Source of the DNA: Candidatus Latescibacterota bacterium
GTDB taxonomy: Bacteria > Krumholzibacteriota > Krumholzibacteriia > WVZY01
Direction: 5' to 3'
Assembly (NCBI GenBank): GCA_963791045.1
Contig: CAWBQK010000006.1
Coordinates: forward strand, 96,001-160,000
DNA length: 64,000 nucleotides
Shown: in pieces, positions 11,901 to 26,192 of the stretch
Numbering within the stretch: the first letter of the stretch is position 1
Layout of the letters: the number at the start of each line of letters is the position of its first letter
Position numbers and translations under genes: made by a program
Notes under the pieces: model-generated
Told to the model about the DNA's origin: nothing
What the model saw: only the letters and a program-made list of their open reading frames with translations
The model's database searches: none

Positions 11901-14234
11901 ACCGGCACTGATTCTGGGTGACCAGCTTGGGTTTGTCATCAGGTGGCTTTCTCTGGCTTTTTGGAAAGCGAGGACTGAGTTTTTATAATCACCGCTGGCT
12001 GCCTGGGCATCTCCCAGTAATACCTGAGCAATTTCGTTTTCCGGTTCAATGGAAAGCGCTTTGCTGAGAGCCGCAGTAGCAGCCTGGGGATCCCTGCCGA
12101 CCTGGATCAGTGAATCCGCATAAGAAAGGAAGGCATCTGCGCTGTCAGGGTCCTGATCAACAACCTGGATCAAATAAGGCAGCGCTTCCTGGGGATTCTT
12201 TGCGTTCAGGAGGAGTTTTCCGTAAAGTAAATTCGCTTCAAAATTGGCAGGAAAACGATCATTGATCTCTTTCAGAATAGTCAGGGCCTGATCATGATGA
12301 CCCAGGGTATAGTATGATTTTCCGATCCCTAATTGGACATCATATCTAGATCTTTGATCAATTTCTTCAGATTCAGCAGCGGCAAATGATTTTTGGTAAT
12401 GATCCAGCGCCTTAGAATGATTGTTTTCTTCCGTTTCCGTCTTTCCCAGCTGATAATAGATCATGGCCTTAGTACTTGCAGAAGTCAATCCAGAGTTGAG
12501 AGTTCGCCGGGACTGTTTATCAAGGCCGAATAATTTCTGACATTCTGCCAGGGTTAACCAGGAATTTTCTAATTGAGGAGTGAGCTCTACTGCACGGTTC
12601 AAATATGCAAACCCTTCTTCTTCCTCTCCAAGTTCACAGAGAGCTTTTCCTTTTAAAGACAATGCAGAACTGTTCTCTTGATCCTGCGCGAGGACCTGGT
12701 TGGCAGCAGATACTGTTCGGCGATATTGTTTTGCTGAAAAAGCGCAGTTTGCAAAATCTATCAGATCTTTGAGGGGTAATGACGTAAAGAGAGCGGTATC
12801 TTGCTCAATAGCTGTCTGCTGTTTAGTCAGGATCGAGGCACGGACTTCAAGGGCTTCCTGCCAGTTCTCCGCTTCCTCAAGGTATCCCGCCACCTTTCTT
12901 TGCAGTACAAGGTCTTTTGGGAAAAGAATCGTCAGGATCTGAGCTGCTTTAGATGCATCTAAGTAATTCCCCAGGGATCTCAACGCTTCTATATAATTCA
13001 AATGCGAAACCAGGTGATTTGGATATTTTTCTAGATAGTGTTTGGCAGCCTGGGCGCTCTCGCGGAATAGACCTGCCTTCAGGAGAATTGAGCTGAGGTG
13101 TTCTTGGGGCTCGGTAATGGACAAGTTTAATGCTTGCAAGGCTAATTGTTCAGCCCGGATAGGTTGATTTTGTTCTAAAGCAAAATCAGACAGGGTAATA
13201 AGTAAAGCAGGATGTTCGGGCAACGGATCGGGCAGTTTTTCAATTAAGTCTCCGATGGCTGCATATTGTTTGTTTAGCAGTAAGGAATGGATGATGTCGG
13301 CAACTTCTGAGAGTTTTTCTTCAGATATATCCTCTTTTCCAAGGGAACCTTTTAAGTCTTTCCAAGCCTGATCACTCACCCTGGATTCATCCAGGTGGGT
13401 TTTGACTTTTGTAAGGTTAGCAGTTACCTTACCCTGCAGTTTTTGATTTTGCTCAGCGGCTTTCTCCAACAGTTTTAATGCTTTGCCATCATTGCCTGCC
13501 AGCTGATTTAAGAATGATAGTATCAATACTTCCTGTATGCTGCCGCTTGCAAGATCCAGACTTGATAAGAGAGCCTGGGCAACCTTTCCAACCAGATCAG
13601 GAACTTCTTTTTGGATCACTTTAAACCATTTTTCCAGGTTTCCTATCTCCAGGTTGACCACGACTTCGACCAGAAGATCTACCAAGCATTCAGGTGAAGA
13701 AGGATTTGAGAGCAGAACTTGCAGGGCAAGATCTGGATGGAGAAAACGAAGAAAATCCGCAGGGTTGTTCACCAGGTTGAATAAAATGGTAAGAGGTGTC
13801 TCCCATTCAATCCTTCCCTTATACTGGTTCAGAATCTCAGGCCAGTTTTTGCCAGCTCCTTTTTCTCCCAGTAAGGCCAGTGCTAACAAAAAACTCTTTT
13901 TCAGATCTGGGGATTCGCCCTCATGCTCTTCAAATTCCTGATAAGTTTGGTGTACTATTCCCTTTATTTCAGCCGGTATGTTTTCAAAGGAATCGATCGG
14001 GTAAGGGATCTCTTCATCTATACTTCTCGCGAAGAGAACAGCACCTATCCGGCCCGGAGTCCAAGATTGAGGTTCCACTCCGATATCCTGGATGAGCTTT
14101 TGAGAAAATTCAGGGTTGTCGAACTCAGCCCAGATGGTGGGATTGCGCCTTAAAGCTGAAATCGCCCAGGACCATGAGTCTTCAGGAAAAATGCTTTTCA
14201 GTGTTTTGAGTCGTTGAAGCTCCAGTTGTTCCAT
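8914..14234 (-). CDS. Giant tetratricopeptide-repeat protein (about 1770 aa); frameshift near 10980 splits it into ORFs 10980..14303 and 8914..10857
   Basis: Many TPR-like helical repeats in both ORFs; likely start MEQLELQ at 14234, just after the upstream stop. Confidence 0.8.
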
Positions 14235-14244
14235 TGCCTGTCCG

Positions 14245-14580
14245 TTAGTTAATGCCGATATAGAGGGTGAGGACGATACCAAAGACCATAAAGATGGATC
14301 CACTGATGATCAAGAAAACCCCAATGCCTTTAGTGGTCTGGATTAGGTTTGTGGTCGCTGCCATTAAATTTGAGGCATTGTCGACCAGGCCCGATAGATC
14401 ATCCGCAATTCCTTTTTGAACCATTTGGACGATTGATTTACTGATCGCGCTGGTATCCCTGCCGATCGAGCGGATGATCAGGATGGCAACACCGATTGCA
14501 AAGGTGATCAAACCGATCAGGAATAAACCTGATGCCATAGCAGATAAAACGCGAGCAATTTCAAAAACAGTCATAGTCAT
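14245..14580 (-). CDS. Small two-TM hypothetical membrane protein, first gene of the TPR/peptidase operon
   Basis: 111 aa ORF with AAGGAG RBS and two hydrophobic helices. Confidence 0.75.
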   Translation of the reverse strand: MTMTVFEIARVLSAMASGLFLIGLITFAIGVAILIIRSIGRDTSAISKSIVQMVQKGIADDLSGLVDNASNLMAATTNLIQTTKGIGVFLIISGSIFMVFGIVLTLYIGIN

Positions 14581-14615
14581 TGTAAAAACTCCTTTTTAGT
14601 GATTTCTTCTAATAG

Positions 14616-14631
14616 TGCAAGTTGCATGCCG
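14616..14631 (-). promoter_or_regulatory. Sigma-54 (RpoN) -24/-12 promoter
   Basis: Minus strand CGGCATGCAACTTGCA is GG-N10-GC with TTGC at -12, about 35 nt before ATG 14580. Confidence 0.6.
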
Positions 14632-14762
14632 ATTGCTAGAAAAAGTTGAATGGTCAATTTCCATCCATAAAAATTAAAAGTTCTTGTGATTATTATGCAA
14701 GAACTACGCCAAATTTACTGAGAAATGTATCGCATCAATTTCCTCAAGGATTTTGCCAGCTA

Positions 14763-14791
14763 TTGACGAATTTTAGTCAGCAAGTTACAAT
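14763..14791 (+). promoter_or_regulatory. Sigma-70-type promoter of rplY
   Basis: TTGACG-17 nt-TACAAT. Confidence 0.75.
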
Positions 14792-14797
14792 CTCCCC

Positions 14798-14945
14798 GGC
14801 TAAAAATATCGTCACCGACATGTGGCGGTCTTTTTTTGTGGACCGCGTTTGGAAGATGGTATGCTATAGCTGGTAATCATTACTCTATAGAAGCGAAGGT
14901 AACTGCCCATTGTGGGGGGTGAGAGGCGCTTCGAGGATGGAAGAA
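14798..14945 (+). promoter_or_regulatory. Structured rplY 5' leader with a 5S rRNA loop-E-like hairpin (candidate L25 autoregulatory site)
   Basis: Stem GAAGC/GCTTC enclosing GAAGGTA/GAGAGGC, then AC/GT, at 14890-14932, directly before the GAGG RBS; further hairpins upstream. Confidence 0.55.
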
Positions 14946-15644
14946 ATGGAAAAGTATATATTAGATGCAGAGAAACGAGAAGTAATCGGCAAAAAAGTTA
15001 AAGCCCTTCGCCGTGAAGGTAAACTCCCCGCAGTCATTTACGGCCAGGAGATCGAAACCATGGCAATCACTTTAGAGACCAGGCAGGTTCAACAGGTCTT
15101 AAAAGTTGTTGGTGCCAACACATTGATCAGCGTTAAACTTGGCAAGGAAGAATATCTGGCTCTGGTTCGAGACATTCAGCGCGAAGTGATCATGCGTGAT
15201 CTGCTTCATATGGATTTTCAGGCTGTATCACTCGAAGAAACTATCACCACCACAGTGCCAGTGGTTATGGTTGGTGTGGCACCGGTGATAGAAGAATTTG
15301 AAGCTTTGCTGATCTTAAGTATGGATGAACTGCAGATCGAAGCAAAAGCGAAAGACCTGCCGGATACAATATCTGTGGATGTCTCTGGAATGATGGAAGT
15401 AGGAGACAACATCCAGGTAAAAGATCTTGTAATCTCAGGTGATGTAACAGTCCTCGATGATCCGGATGAAGTAGTGGTTGTTGCAACCGTTCCAACCTTG
15501 ATGGAAGAGATCGTTGACGAGGTAGAAGAAGGTGCAGAACTCTTTGAGGAACTCACCGACGCCGAGTTGATGGAAGGTGAAGAAGGCGAAGAAGTTGGAG
15601 CAGAATGCAGCAGCAGCAGAAGAAGAAGAGTAAACTGTAAGTAG
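14946..15644 (+). CDS. rplY: 50S ribosomal protein L25/CTC (long form with acidic tail); the last few codons are probably shifted by an indel (intended stop about 15633)
   Basis: GKKVKALRREGKLPAVIYG, RDIQREV, HMDF, LPDTISVDVSGM, DPDEVVV. Confidence 0.95.
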   Translation: MEKYILDAEKREVIGKKVKALRREGKLPAVIYGQEIETMAITLETRQVQQVLKVVGANTLISVKLGKEEYLALVRDIQREVIMRDLLHMDFQAVSLEETITTTVPVVMVGVAPVIEEFEALLILSMDELQIEAKAKDLPDTISVDVSGMMEVGDNIQVKDLVISGDVTVLDDPDEVVVVATVPTLMEEIVDEVEEGAELFEELTDAELMEGEEGEEVGAECSSSRRRRVNCK

Positions 15645-15652
15645 TAAAGAAC

Positions 15653-15691
15653 AACCATCCCGATAGGATATATCCTGTCGGGATGGTTTTT
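15653..15691 (+). terminator. Intrinsic terminator of rplY
   Basis: AACCATCCCGATAGGA/TCCTGTCGGGATGGTT stem plus T-run. Confidence 0.85.
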
Positions 15692-15717
15692 AAATTAAAT
15701 GGAGTATGATAGAGTCC

Positions 15718-16339
15718 ATGAAGAAATCTGTCTTGTTTGGTTTTGTTGTTCTGGTAGTCCTCATTTCGGGCTGCAGTTCACCAACAGTTGAAATCGATAC
15801 CTTCCCCAACTGGAACTATTGAGCAAACTTTTACTCTGGATCCCACCCAAATTGCGGCAGAGCGCTATCCTGCAGCTGGTGTGGTTTATCAGTGGAGCAG
15901 CAGCGCCGAAGCGAGTACAGAGTTTGCCAGCCCTGAATGGGGAGCTGAACAAGTAGTCGGAGAACCGGATGCACCCGGCTGTGGTGATTATCAATTTGCA
16001 TGGGCTTCAGCAGCCAGTGATTCAATCGCTACACTGGAAGTTACATTTTCAGCATCAGTTTATCCCCTGGAAATTGTCATCCATGAAAGTTATAACCCGG
16101 ACCAAGTCGTAAAAGTTGAAGTTTTTGATTCGGAAAGTGGTGGGTACTATAGTGTTTTGCAGAAAAATCCGGTCCAGGTGGATCGTCCCTGTCCATATCA
16201 GCTGATTGTTCCAATTGATGGGATTGATTTCAAAACGAATCTGCTGCGGATAACTATAGATCAATCTCAACTTGGTCTGGGTTGGAATGAGATCGATGCT
16301 GTGCAGCTAATTGGATCAATAAATCAGCCAGAGGAATAG
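15718..16339 (+). CDS. Lipoprotein with a discoidin/galactose-binding-like beta-sandwich domain; frameshift near 15790
   Basis: ATG 15718 gives MKKSVLFGFVVLVVLISGC (lipobox); body QWSSSAEASTEF...GEPD...AWAS...WNEIDAVQLIG. Confidence 0.7.
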
Positions 16340-16346
16340 GTCTATA

Positions 16347-16957
16347 TCAGAGAGTATTTTGAATCAGATCCAGGAAATCTACTACGATCTGAGCTGTAAC
16401 TCCCCATAAGATTTCCCCCTCAAAATTATTAAAGAATACAACTGGAAGTTCAATACCAGGTCCAAAGGGTGATTCCCAGGTTTTTATTTGATGATTATCT
16501 GGATCTGCCAGCCAGTCGATTGGGATCAGGATAGTCTTTTCGACTTCTTCTTTTGAGAGAGCAATTTCATAAGGCCAGGGCAAGAGTCCTACATAGGGGC
16601 TGACCTCATAATCGGTCACGGTTAGGATCGGGCAGGATTGTCCCAGGATCTCAACATCACCCGGGGATACACCAATTTCTTCCTGTGTTTCTCGTAAAGC
16701 GGTATCTTCAAGGGTATTATCATCAGCTTCCACTCTTCCCCCGGAAAAGCGATTTGGCCGCTGTGGCGGTCATAAATATGTTGGGTGCGCTTGATGAAGA
16801 GGAATTTCCAGATATTTCCATCCTGCACAAGTGGCATTAAAACTGCTGCAGGCGAGGTCTGTTTAGTCTGGATATCTGGTAGAGGAGGACAGGTCCGGGG
16901 ATTTTCTGCTTTGAAATTCTTGAGTTGTTGTTTGATTTTCTCGGGATCTATAATCAT
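16347..16957 (-). CDS. Nudix CoA pyrophosphatase (NudL/PCD1-like); frameshift near 16740
   Basis: AAVLMPL, HSGQIAFPG, ALRETQEEIG Nudix box, ILWGVTA. Confidence 0.85.
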
Positions 16958-17213
16958 GATTGATCCAAACGGCTAAACCAGTTACCAACCACCAAAAATA
17001 GAATACTTCCAATTACTCCAAAGCCTCCCGATACAGGACCTATCATTAAGAATTCGATCCTCCAGGTTGAACCTAGTAGATGGCCAACGATAAAACCAGC
17101 CCAGGATAAGACCAAATATAATACAAACTGACCACCGCCACCTCCTTTCAAAAAATGAAATGCAGATCCCAGGAACATTGCCATCAGGAAACTGTATATA
17201 AACGCTGGTGTGG

Positions 17214-17217
<4 letters not shown>
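16954..17217 (-). CDS. Small hydrophobic membrane protein
   Basis: 87 aa, three hydrophobic stretches, ATGA overlaps with both neighbours. Confidence 0.7.
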
Positions 17218-19454
<2,237 letters not shown>

Positions 19455-19611
19455 AATCTTTTCCCTCAGCGATTATAGCATGCCCGCCTGACTCTGAAAA
19501 ATTCTGGTTTGAAGAATGTTAACAGTGCATAACAGTCTCAAGTATCTTCCCCAATCCGAAGGCTCTTTGTTATAATAACTTGGCTTTGACTAACAATTTG
19601 CGGGAGGAATT

Positions 19612-21040
19612 ATGGTTCAGGAGATCAAGTTTGGAACTGATGGTTGGCGTGGACATGTCGGTGAAGATTATACTTTCGCTAATGTTCGGCGGTGTACGCA
19701 GGGTTTTGCATCTTACCTGGCAGATGAAGGATAGAGAGGATAGTTGGGTTGTCGTTGGACATGACCGGCGTTACCGGGGGGAATATTTTGCTGCTGCGGT
19801 TGCTGAGGTGCTGGCTGGCAATGGCTTAAAGTCTATTTGACCGATGGTCCCACACCTACACCAGTGATATCCTATGCAGTAGTCGATAAAAAAGCTGCTG
19901 CTGCAATAAATATCACAGCCTCCCACAATCCATTTACGGATAATGGTTTTAAAGTCCGGGATGAGAATGGCGGCGCAATCGATCCGGAAGGATTAACCAG
20001 ATCGAAAAGAATATCCCTGATACAGAAGAAGAGGTCAAAAGGATCCCGCTTCGGATGCACTTGAAAAAGGGCTGGTAAAGTATTTTGATGCTGCGCCAGC
20101 CTATATAGAACACATAAAGACACTGATAGACCTTCAGCCAATAAAGGATGCAGGATTGCGGGTGCTTGTAGATCCGATGTGGGGGAATGGAGTTGGGTGG
20201 TTCCCAAAATTGATTGGTGGAGGAAAGACAGAGGTTTTTGAGATCCACCAGGAACGAAATCCAAATTTTCCCGAAATGACCCGGCCGGAACCCATACCCC
20301 CTAATGTTGATGTTGGCCTTGCTGCCATAAGTGAGTATAAGGCGGATGTGTTGTTGATCAATGATGGGGATGCAGATAGGGTTGGGATTGGCGATGAAAA
20401 CGGCGAATTTGTGGATCAGCTGCGTGTTTATGCTCTGCTGGCCTATTATTTATTAGAGGTTCGAGGAGAGCGAGGTCCGATAGTAAAAACCCTTTCCACA
20501 ACTACTATGCTGGAGAAATTGGGAGAGATCTATGATGTCCCTGTCTATAATACAGGGGTGGGTTTCAAGTATGTTGCCCCAAAAATGCTTGAAGTGGATG
20601 CCATGATCGGGGGAGAAGAATCCGGTGGATATGCATTCAAGGGCAATGTTCCTGAACGGGATGGCATTCTGGCTGGCCTCTATTTCCTGGATTTCATGGT
20701 CAAGATGGACAAAAAACCCTCTGAGCTACTGGAGTTTTTCTTTGAAAAGGTTGGTGCTCATTATTATGATCGCATCGATACTCCCTTTAAAGGAGATCGG
20801 GCTGAAAAGATTCGAAGGATCGAAACAGCCAATCCGGAAACTATCGGTGGGTTAAAGGTCAAAGATCTGGTAACAATTGATGGATATAAATTTGTCCTTG
20901 AGGATGGAGGTTGGTTGTTGATCCGTTTTTCTGGAACAGAACCGATCATCAGGGTTTATTGTGAAACAACATATGCTGACCGAGTTGAAGCAATCTTGAA
21001 AGATGGACTCACGATTGCTGGTATTGATGATGAGGATTAG
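19612..21040 (+). CDS. Phosphoglucomutase/phosphomannomutase family protein, several indels in the 5' half
   Basis: [14 protein letters not shown] start, ITASHNP, DGDADR, GEESGG, RFSGTEP. Confidence 0.9.
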
Positions 21041-21857
21041 TGAAGTTAACAGATACTCATTGTCATTTGAACTTTCACAACTATCAGAGATGATTTGCCT
21101 GAAATCCTGGATCGAGCCCGAGCGACTGGCCTTTCCAGGATATTGGTTCCAGCCATCGATTTGGAGTCCAGCTAGGAAATTCTCGATCTGGTGGAAGCTG
21201 ATCCGATATTATTTGCTGCCGTCGGTATTCACCCCAACAGTGGTACAAGTTGGGATTCAAATACCCTTGATTCGCTCAGAGAATTGGCCGGCCATCCCAA
21301 AGTTGTAGCAATTGGGGAAATTGGCTTGGATTATTACCGGGACAGAACGCCAAGAGAACTTCAGAAAGAAATTCTCATTGAACAACTGAAGTTGGCACTG
21401 GAAGTGGATCTCCCCGTGATCCTGCATGTCAGGAACAGATCTGAAGAAGACCGGTCATGTATTGAGGATCTGCTATTGATATTGGAAGGTTGGGTAGCTT
21501 CTGCGATTCCACCATTCTCGAACCGCAGCCATCTCCAGGTGTGGTCCATAGTTTTTCCGGGAATACGCAGGAGAGCCAACGTGCTCTTAAGGCTGGATTT
21601 TATATTGGCATTACTGGCCCGGTGACATTTAATAAAGCAGACCAGTTGCGAGATGTTGTTCGGGAGATTGACATCTCCAGGATTCTGGTAGAGACAGATG
21701 GCCCGTTCCTGTCTCCCAACCATACCGGGGAAAACGCAATGAACCTGCCCACGTTCGGTATATTGTTGATAAAATAAGTGAAGTAAAAGGGCTGCCGTTT
21801 GAAGTGGCAGCAAGACAGACTGCTGAAAATGCCGCCTGTTTATTTCAGTGGGAGTAG
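21040..21857 (+). CDS. tatD: TatD family hydrolase/DNase, several indels
   Basis: GTG start, DTHCHL, GIHP, IGEIGLDYY, LHVR, ETDGPFL, ENAACLF. Confidence 0.85.
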
Positions 21858-21861
21858 AAAG

Positions 21862-22825
21862 TTGATTGATGTCGGTTTCTTAACATACCTTGAGGATCAA
21901 TTGAACAAGGTAGATCAAAAAATGGTATCCAAGTCCAAGGGATATCACCCAGACCTGACAGCAGCTTTGGAGCATCTAATGAACTCAGGGGGGAAGCGGA
22001 TCCGTCCGATCATTACTTTGTTAATGGGTACTTTGCTTGGCGCAGAGGAAGATAAGCTGATATCCCTGAGTGCATCAATTGAAATGCTGCATACAGCCAC
22101 ACTGGTCCATGATGATTTGATCGATGGTGCCTTGCTGCGCCGAGGAAATCCGACCTTGAATTCACATTGGACACCTGCCGCAACTGTTTTGACAGGAGAT
22201 CATATTTTTGCCCAGGCTGCATTGCTGGCAGCTGAATTGGATAATACTGAGGCGATGAGTTTGTTCGCCGAAACGTTGAGCATCATTGTTAATGGAGAGA
22301 TCTCACAATTATTTGGACGCAACCATTTACCAAGCCGGGATGATTATTATCATCGGATCTATGAAAAGACCGGATCATTATTTGCACTATCTGCAAGGGC
22401 AGCTGCTTTGATCAGCCCGGCAGATCGAAAATATATCCAGCCAGCCGAGACATTTGGCAAGGAGATAGGAAAAGCTTTCCAGATCGTGGATGATGTATTG
22501 GACTTTACTGGAGATCAAGATCTGGTAGGAAAGCCAATTGGCAATGATCTGCGACAGGGTACTCCCACATTACCGGCGATCTATTATGGTGAAGCAGCAT
22601 CCTGAAGATGGAGTCTTGCTGGCTTGCCTGGATGGAAGCGCCACAGAAGCTGAGGCTGATAGATTGATCCTGCGAATCAATCAAAGTGGTGTGATCGAAA
22701 AGGCGCTGGATGAGGCCAGGAAATGTGCTGAAAAAGCGGTTCAAAACCTGAAGGTTTTCCCCGAAGGCAAGGAAAAGGATTCCCTCGAAAAATTAGGGAA
22801 ATACATCATTGATCGGGATCTATGA
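21862..22825 (+). CDS. Polyprenyl diphosphate synthase; frameshift near 22590
   Basis: GGKRIRP, HTATLVHDDLID (FARM), KTGSLF, FQIVDDVLD (SARM), GKPIGNDLRQG. Confidence 0.9.
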
Positions 22826-22844
22826 ATCCTGACCAAATATGAAT

Positions 22845-22879
22845 AAAAAACCCGCCTATTGAATAGGCGGGTTTTTTTT
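22845..22879. terminator. Bidirectional intrinsic terminator
   Basis: A6-CCCGCCTATT/AATAGGCGGG-T8 between convergent genes. Confidence 0.9.
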
Positions 22880-22939
22880 ATTAAAAATAGTACACGCCTG
22901 AGTCCTTCTTGCTGGAATCAGGCGTCTTGTTTTTTGTTA

Positions 22940-24423
22940 TTAGTTTTGATTGTAGAAATTATAGATTGCAGCAGAAAGCTGTCCAACCAGGAATGAGCCA
23001 TTGTCCCAGATCAGCTGCTCGGGATGGTAGAGGAAGATCACCAGAATGTAATCCCCGCCCGGGGAGAAGATGATCCCTGCGTCTCCCAGGGTTTGCATAA
23101 TCCCGTTGATATGTAACCCAACCATGTTTATGAGCCACTTCTGTGACATCAGGCACACCAGCTTCCAGCAGGGAAGGCATTTTATTCTGGGAGAGATAAT
23201 CGATCATGATCTGGCATTCAGCTTGAGTGATCTCATCCCCAAAAACTGCCTTGAAGGTTCCCTGGCCATTATCAGCGCATAAATAGATATCTTCCAGGAG
23301 CATGCCAATATCAGATGGGGTGCTCTGATTGTATAGATCTGGATCGGTAGTGACATCCTCCCGCTGGTTTGCAGGAGTCTTGTAGACCCGCAATAAAGGG
23401 GAGCCCAATCCGAATTCTCCAGCCAGGAAAGTGTTTTCAAGCCCCAGGGCTTTCATGTCTCTGTCACTTCCAGTGGAGCCAGGTTGGTATGGATCACGCT
23501 CTCCATCACCCAATCTGCCGGATCATTTCCGGATTCGATGATCATTTTTTGAAGCAAATTGAGGGTTTCTGGATCCTCATCCTCATCGATCCGGCGGAAG
23601 ATGGAGGTCATGATCGGAATTTTTACGATACTGGCAGTAGTAAAAGCGACATCCGGATTGGTGGAGATTTCAAAGCCATTTTGATAGGCAAAATGGACTT
23701 CTTCCAGGGTGCTGACATTCAGCATATACAGCCCGGCAATGCCATCAAACTCATTCAGATCAATGGTTTGTTTTAGCAGGGTTTCCAGATTTTGGAGGGA
23801 AGGCCTGGGAGGACTGGTTTGTTTGCGGGGCAGATTGACTGAGCGGTTGTTGATGGATTGCATGGCGGTATCGATCAACAAGACTGCGGTATCGAGATCC
23901 AATTCAGTGCCGAATGTTCCGGCGACAAAATTCACAGTCCCGGGTTGGGGGACAGCTGGAGATGGTGGTTTATCATAGCGGGATGCGATCTCATCCACCA
24001 GGTATGTGCTCAGACGGGTTTCGGAATAATGTTGCCCGCAGAGGGATGGAGAGACTTGATATCTGCCGCCCCCAGAGATAATCCCAGAACCCGACCCAAA
24101 AAGATTGTTTGGTTCGTTCCAGATCTGCTGCGGCCAGCATGCTTTCCAGATCCAGCTCAAATCCGCAGATGGAGGGTTCAAAGAGGATTGATTTGGTCAT
24201 CATAGACCAGTTCAACCGGGAGGGAATAAGCTTCAAGCAGTCGCTGGGCTGCCTCCTGGCGGTCCAATCCACCAACAGGGACTTCAGCTATTGTCATATT
24301 GCCGGGATAGGTTGTCCTCAGACGGCTGAACTGGACAAATTGCAAGATCGAGAAGAATACTGCAGCGATCAGGAAAAATACTGCCAACCAGCTTAATGCT
24401 GAAAATCTGGGTCGTCGTCTCAC
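22940..24423 (-). CDS. Membrane-anchored serine hydrolase, class A beta-lactamase/PBP-like fold; multiple indels
   Basis: GTG start with AGGAG RBS; N-terminal TM; TIAEVPVGGL segment; ASIVK (SxxK), SGN, AHKHGW motifs. Confidence 0.75.
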
Positions 24424-24587
24424 AAAATAACTCCTATCAAGGAATAGGTCTTGCTGCGGGGGTAGTTTATCACAGGAAATCATGGATGCCAAATCGGATA
24501 GGAAAATACCAGGAAATAAATCCGTCTTGGAATATCCAAGACAGATTTAGATATTTGCTCAGTCAAGAAGTGATCTAGTTAGTGAGC

Positions 24588-24903
24588 TTAGACTTCGGGG
24601 AGTTCGATCACACAATTGTCTTTGCCGAAATCTCCCAGAATATATTCATCTGCTTCCCATTCGTTGTACCATTTTTTATTATTCAACAGATAGCGGAACT
24701 CATATTTTTTCCAGGTTCCAGTTCAACAGTCACCTTAAAATCCCCATTCTTGAGGGATTCCATGGGGTGTTTGTGAAGCTCCAGTCATTAAAATCTGCCA
24801 CCAGATGAGCTGAGTGAAATCGATAATCCGGCTGTTCATGTTTTGCAAGACGAAAGGTTACTTTATACACATTTCGACTCTTGATATATTGTTTTTTTAG
24901 CAT
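24588..24903 (-). CDS. Isoamylase early-set (CBM48/AMPK-like glycogen-binding) small protein, with indels
   Basis: MLKKQYIKSRNVYKVTF, LVADFNDW, LEPGKKYEFRYL, W-N-WEAD. Confidence 0.8.
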
Positions 24904-25155
24904 TTCACGTCCTTGTATATGACATTCGTCCAAAATTCACGTTTATTTTATCACATAATAGATATTTCAAGATCAGAGAGCTGTTTGAAATCAAGGGTGC
25001 CTGGAAATCTGGCGAAATTTCCAGTATCCAGATTATGGATCGATCTCGATCAAGGACTGACATTTTGCACCTTATTGAAGTAAATTTGACATGGAAAATA
25101 AGTCTCAATAATGGGTAGGATTAGAGTAATCTGAGCGGATGAGTGTCTGGAGGAT

Positions 25156-26118
25156 ATGATAATGTTGAAACTGGTTTTAACTTATTTATCACAAGCTGCC
25201 TGGGCCAGGCGGATTGTCCAGGGGTGGGGGTTTGCAAAACGGACAGCGGCAAGATTTGTAGCTGGGGAAACTTTGGATGAAGCATAGCCGTTGTGAAGGA
25301 CTCAACAGCAGAGGAATTTTCACCACTCTGGATCACCTGGGAGAGAATGTCACTTCCGCGAAGAAGCTATCCTGGCGGCAGACGAGATCATAATGATCAT
25401 TAACCGCTTGGTTGAAGAAGGTGTCCCTTCCGGAATATCAATCAAACTGAGCCAGATCGGATTGGTCCTTGATCCTGGAAATCTGCCGTCAGAATTTGCT
25501 CCGATCATGGAAAGAGCCATGACAAGGAATATCTTCATCCGCATCGATATGGAAGATTCGTCATTGACCCAGGCAACTCTGGATCTTTTTAATTCGGCTA
25601 GAAATGAAGGGATTTGAAAACTGCACAGGTATTGTGATCCAAGCAAGCCTCCTTGCGCAGCCTGGATGATATTAAAGGTCTTGATGTCTGAATCCTGTAA
25701 GAGTCCGGATCTGCAAAGGCGCATATAAAGAGCCGCGAAAAGTTGCTTATCCCAAGAAAAAATCTGTGGATCGAGAACTTTGACAGGATCACTGAGCTGT
25801 TGCTGGATAGATCCCTGGAAATCGGAACCAGCGTCAGTCCGGATGGAAGGTTTCCTGCTCTACCGGCAATCGCTACCCATGATCAGATCAGGGTAGAAAA
25901 TGCCCTATCCTATGCTGAACGGATTGGACTCGATAAGCGAGGACTGGAGTTCCAGATGCTTTATGGCATCCGCGAGGACATCCAGGAAAATTTGACAATC
26001 AGGGCTACCGGTGAGGGTATATGTTCCCTATGGCAGTGAATGGTATCCTTATTTTGTACGCCGCTTGGCTGAACGACCAGCAAATCTGTGGTTTTTCCTC
26101 TCGAATTTTTTCCGGTAA
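25156..26118 (+). CDS. Monofunctional proline dehydrogenase, heavily frameshifted
   Basis: [62 protein letters not shown]. Confidence 0.85.
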
Positions 26119-26192
26119 TGAGTAATATTTCAGTCTCTGGTATCTGAAGAAACCATTACCATCCCCGGAAAGCTAGATATAATCAGAGACAG

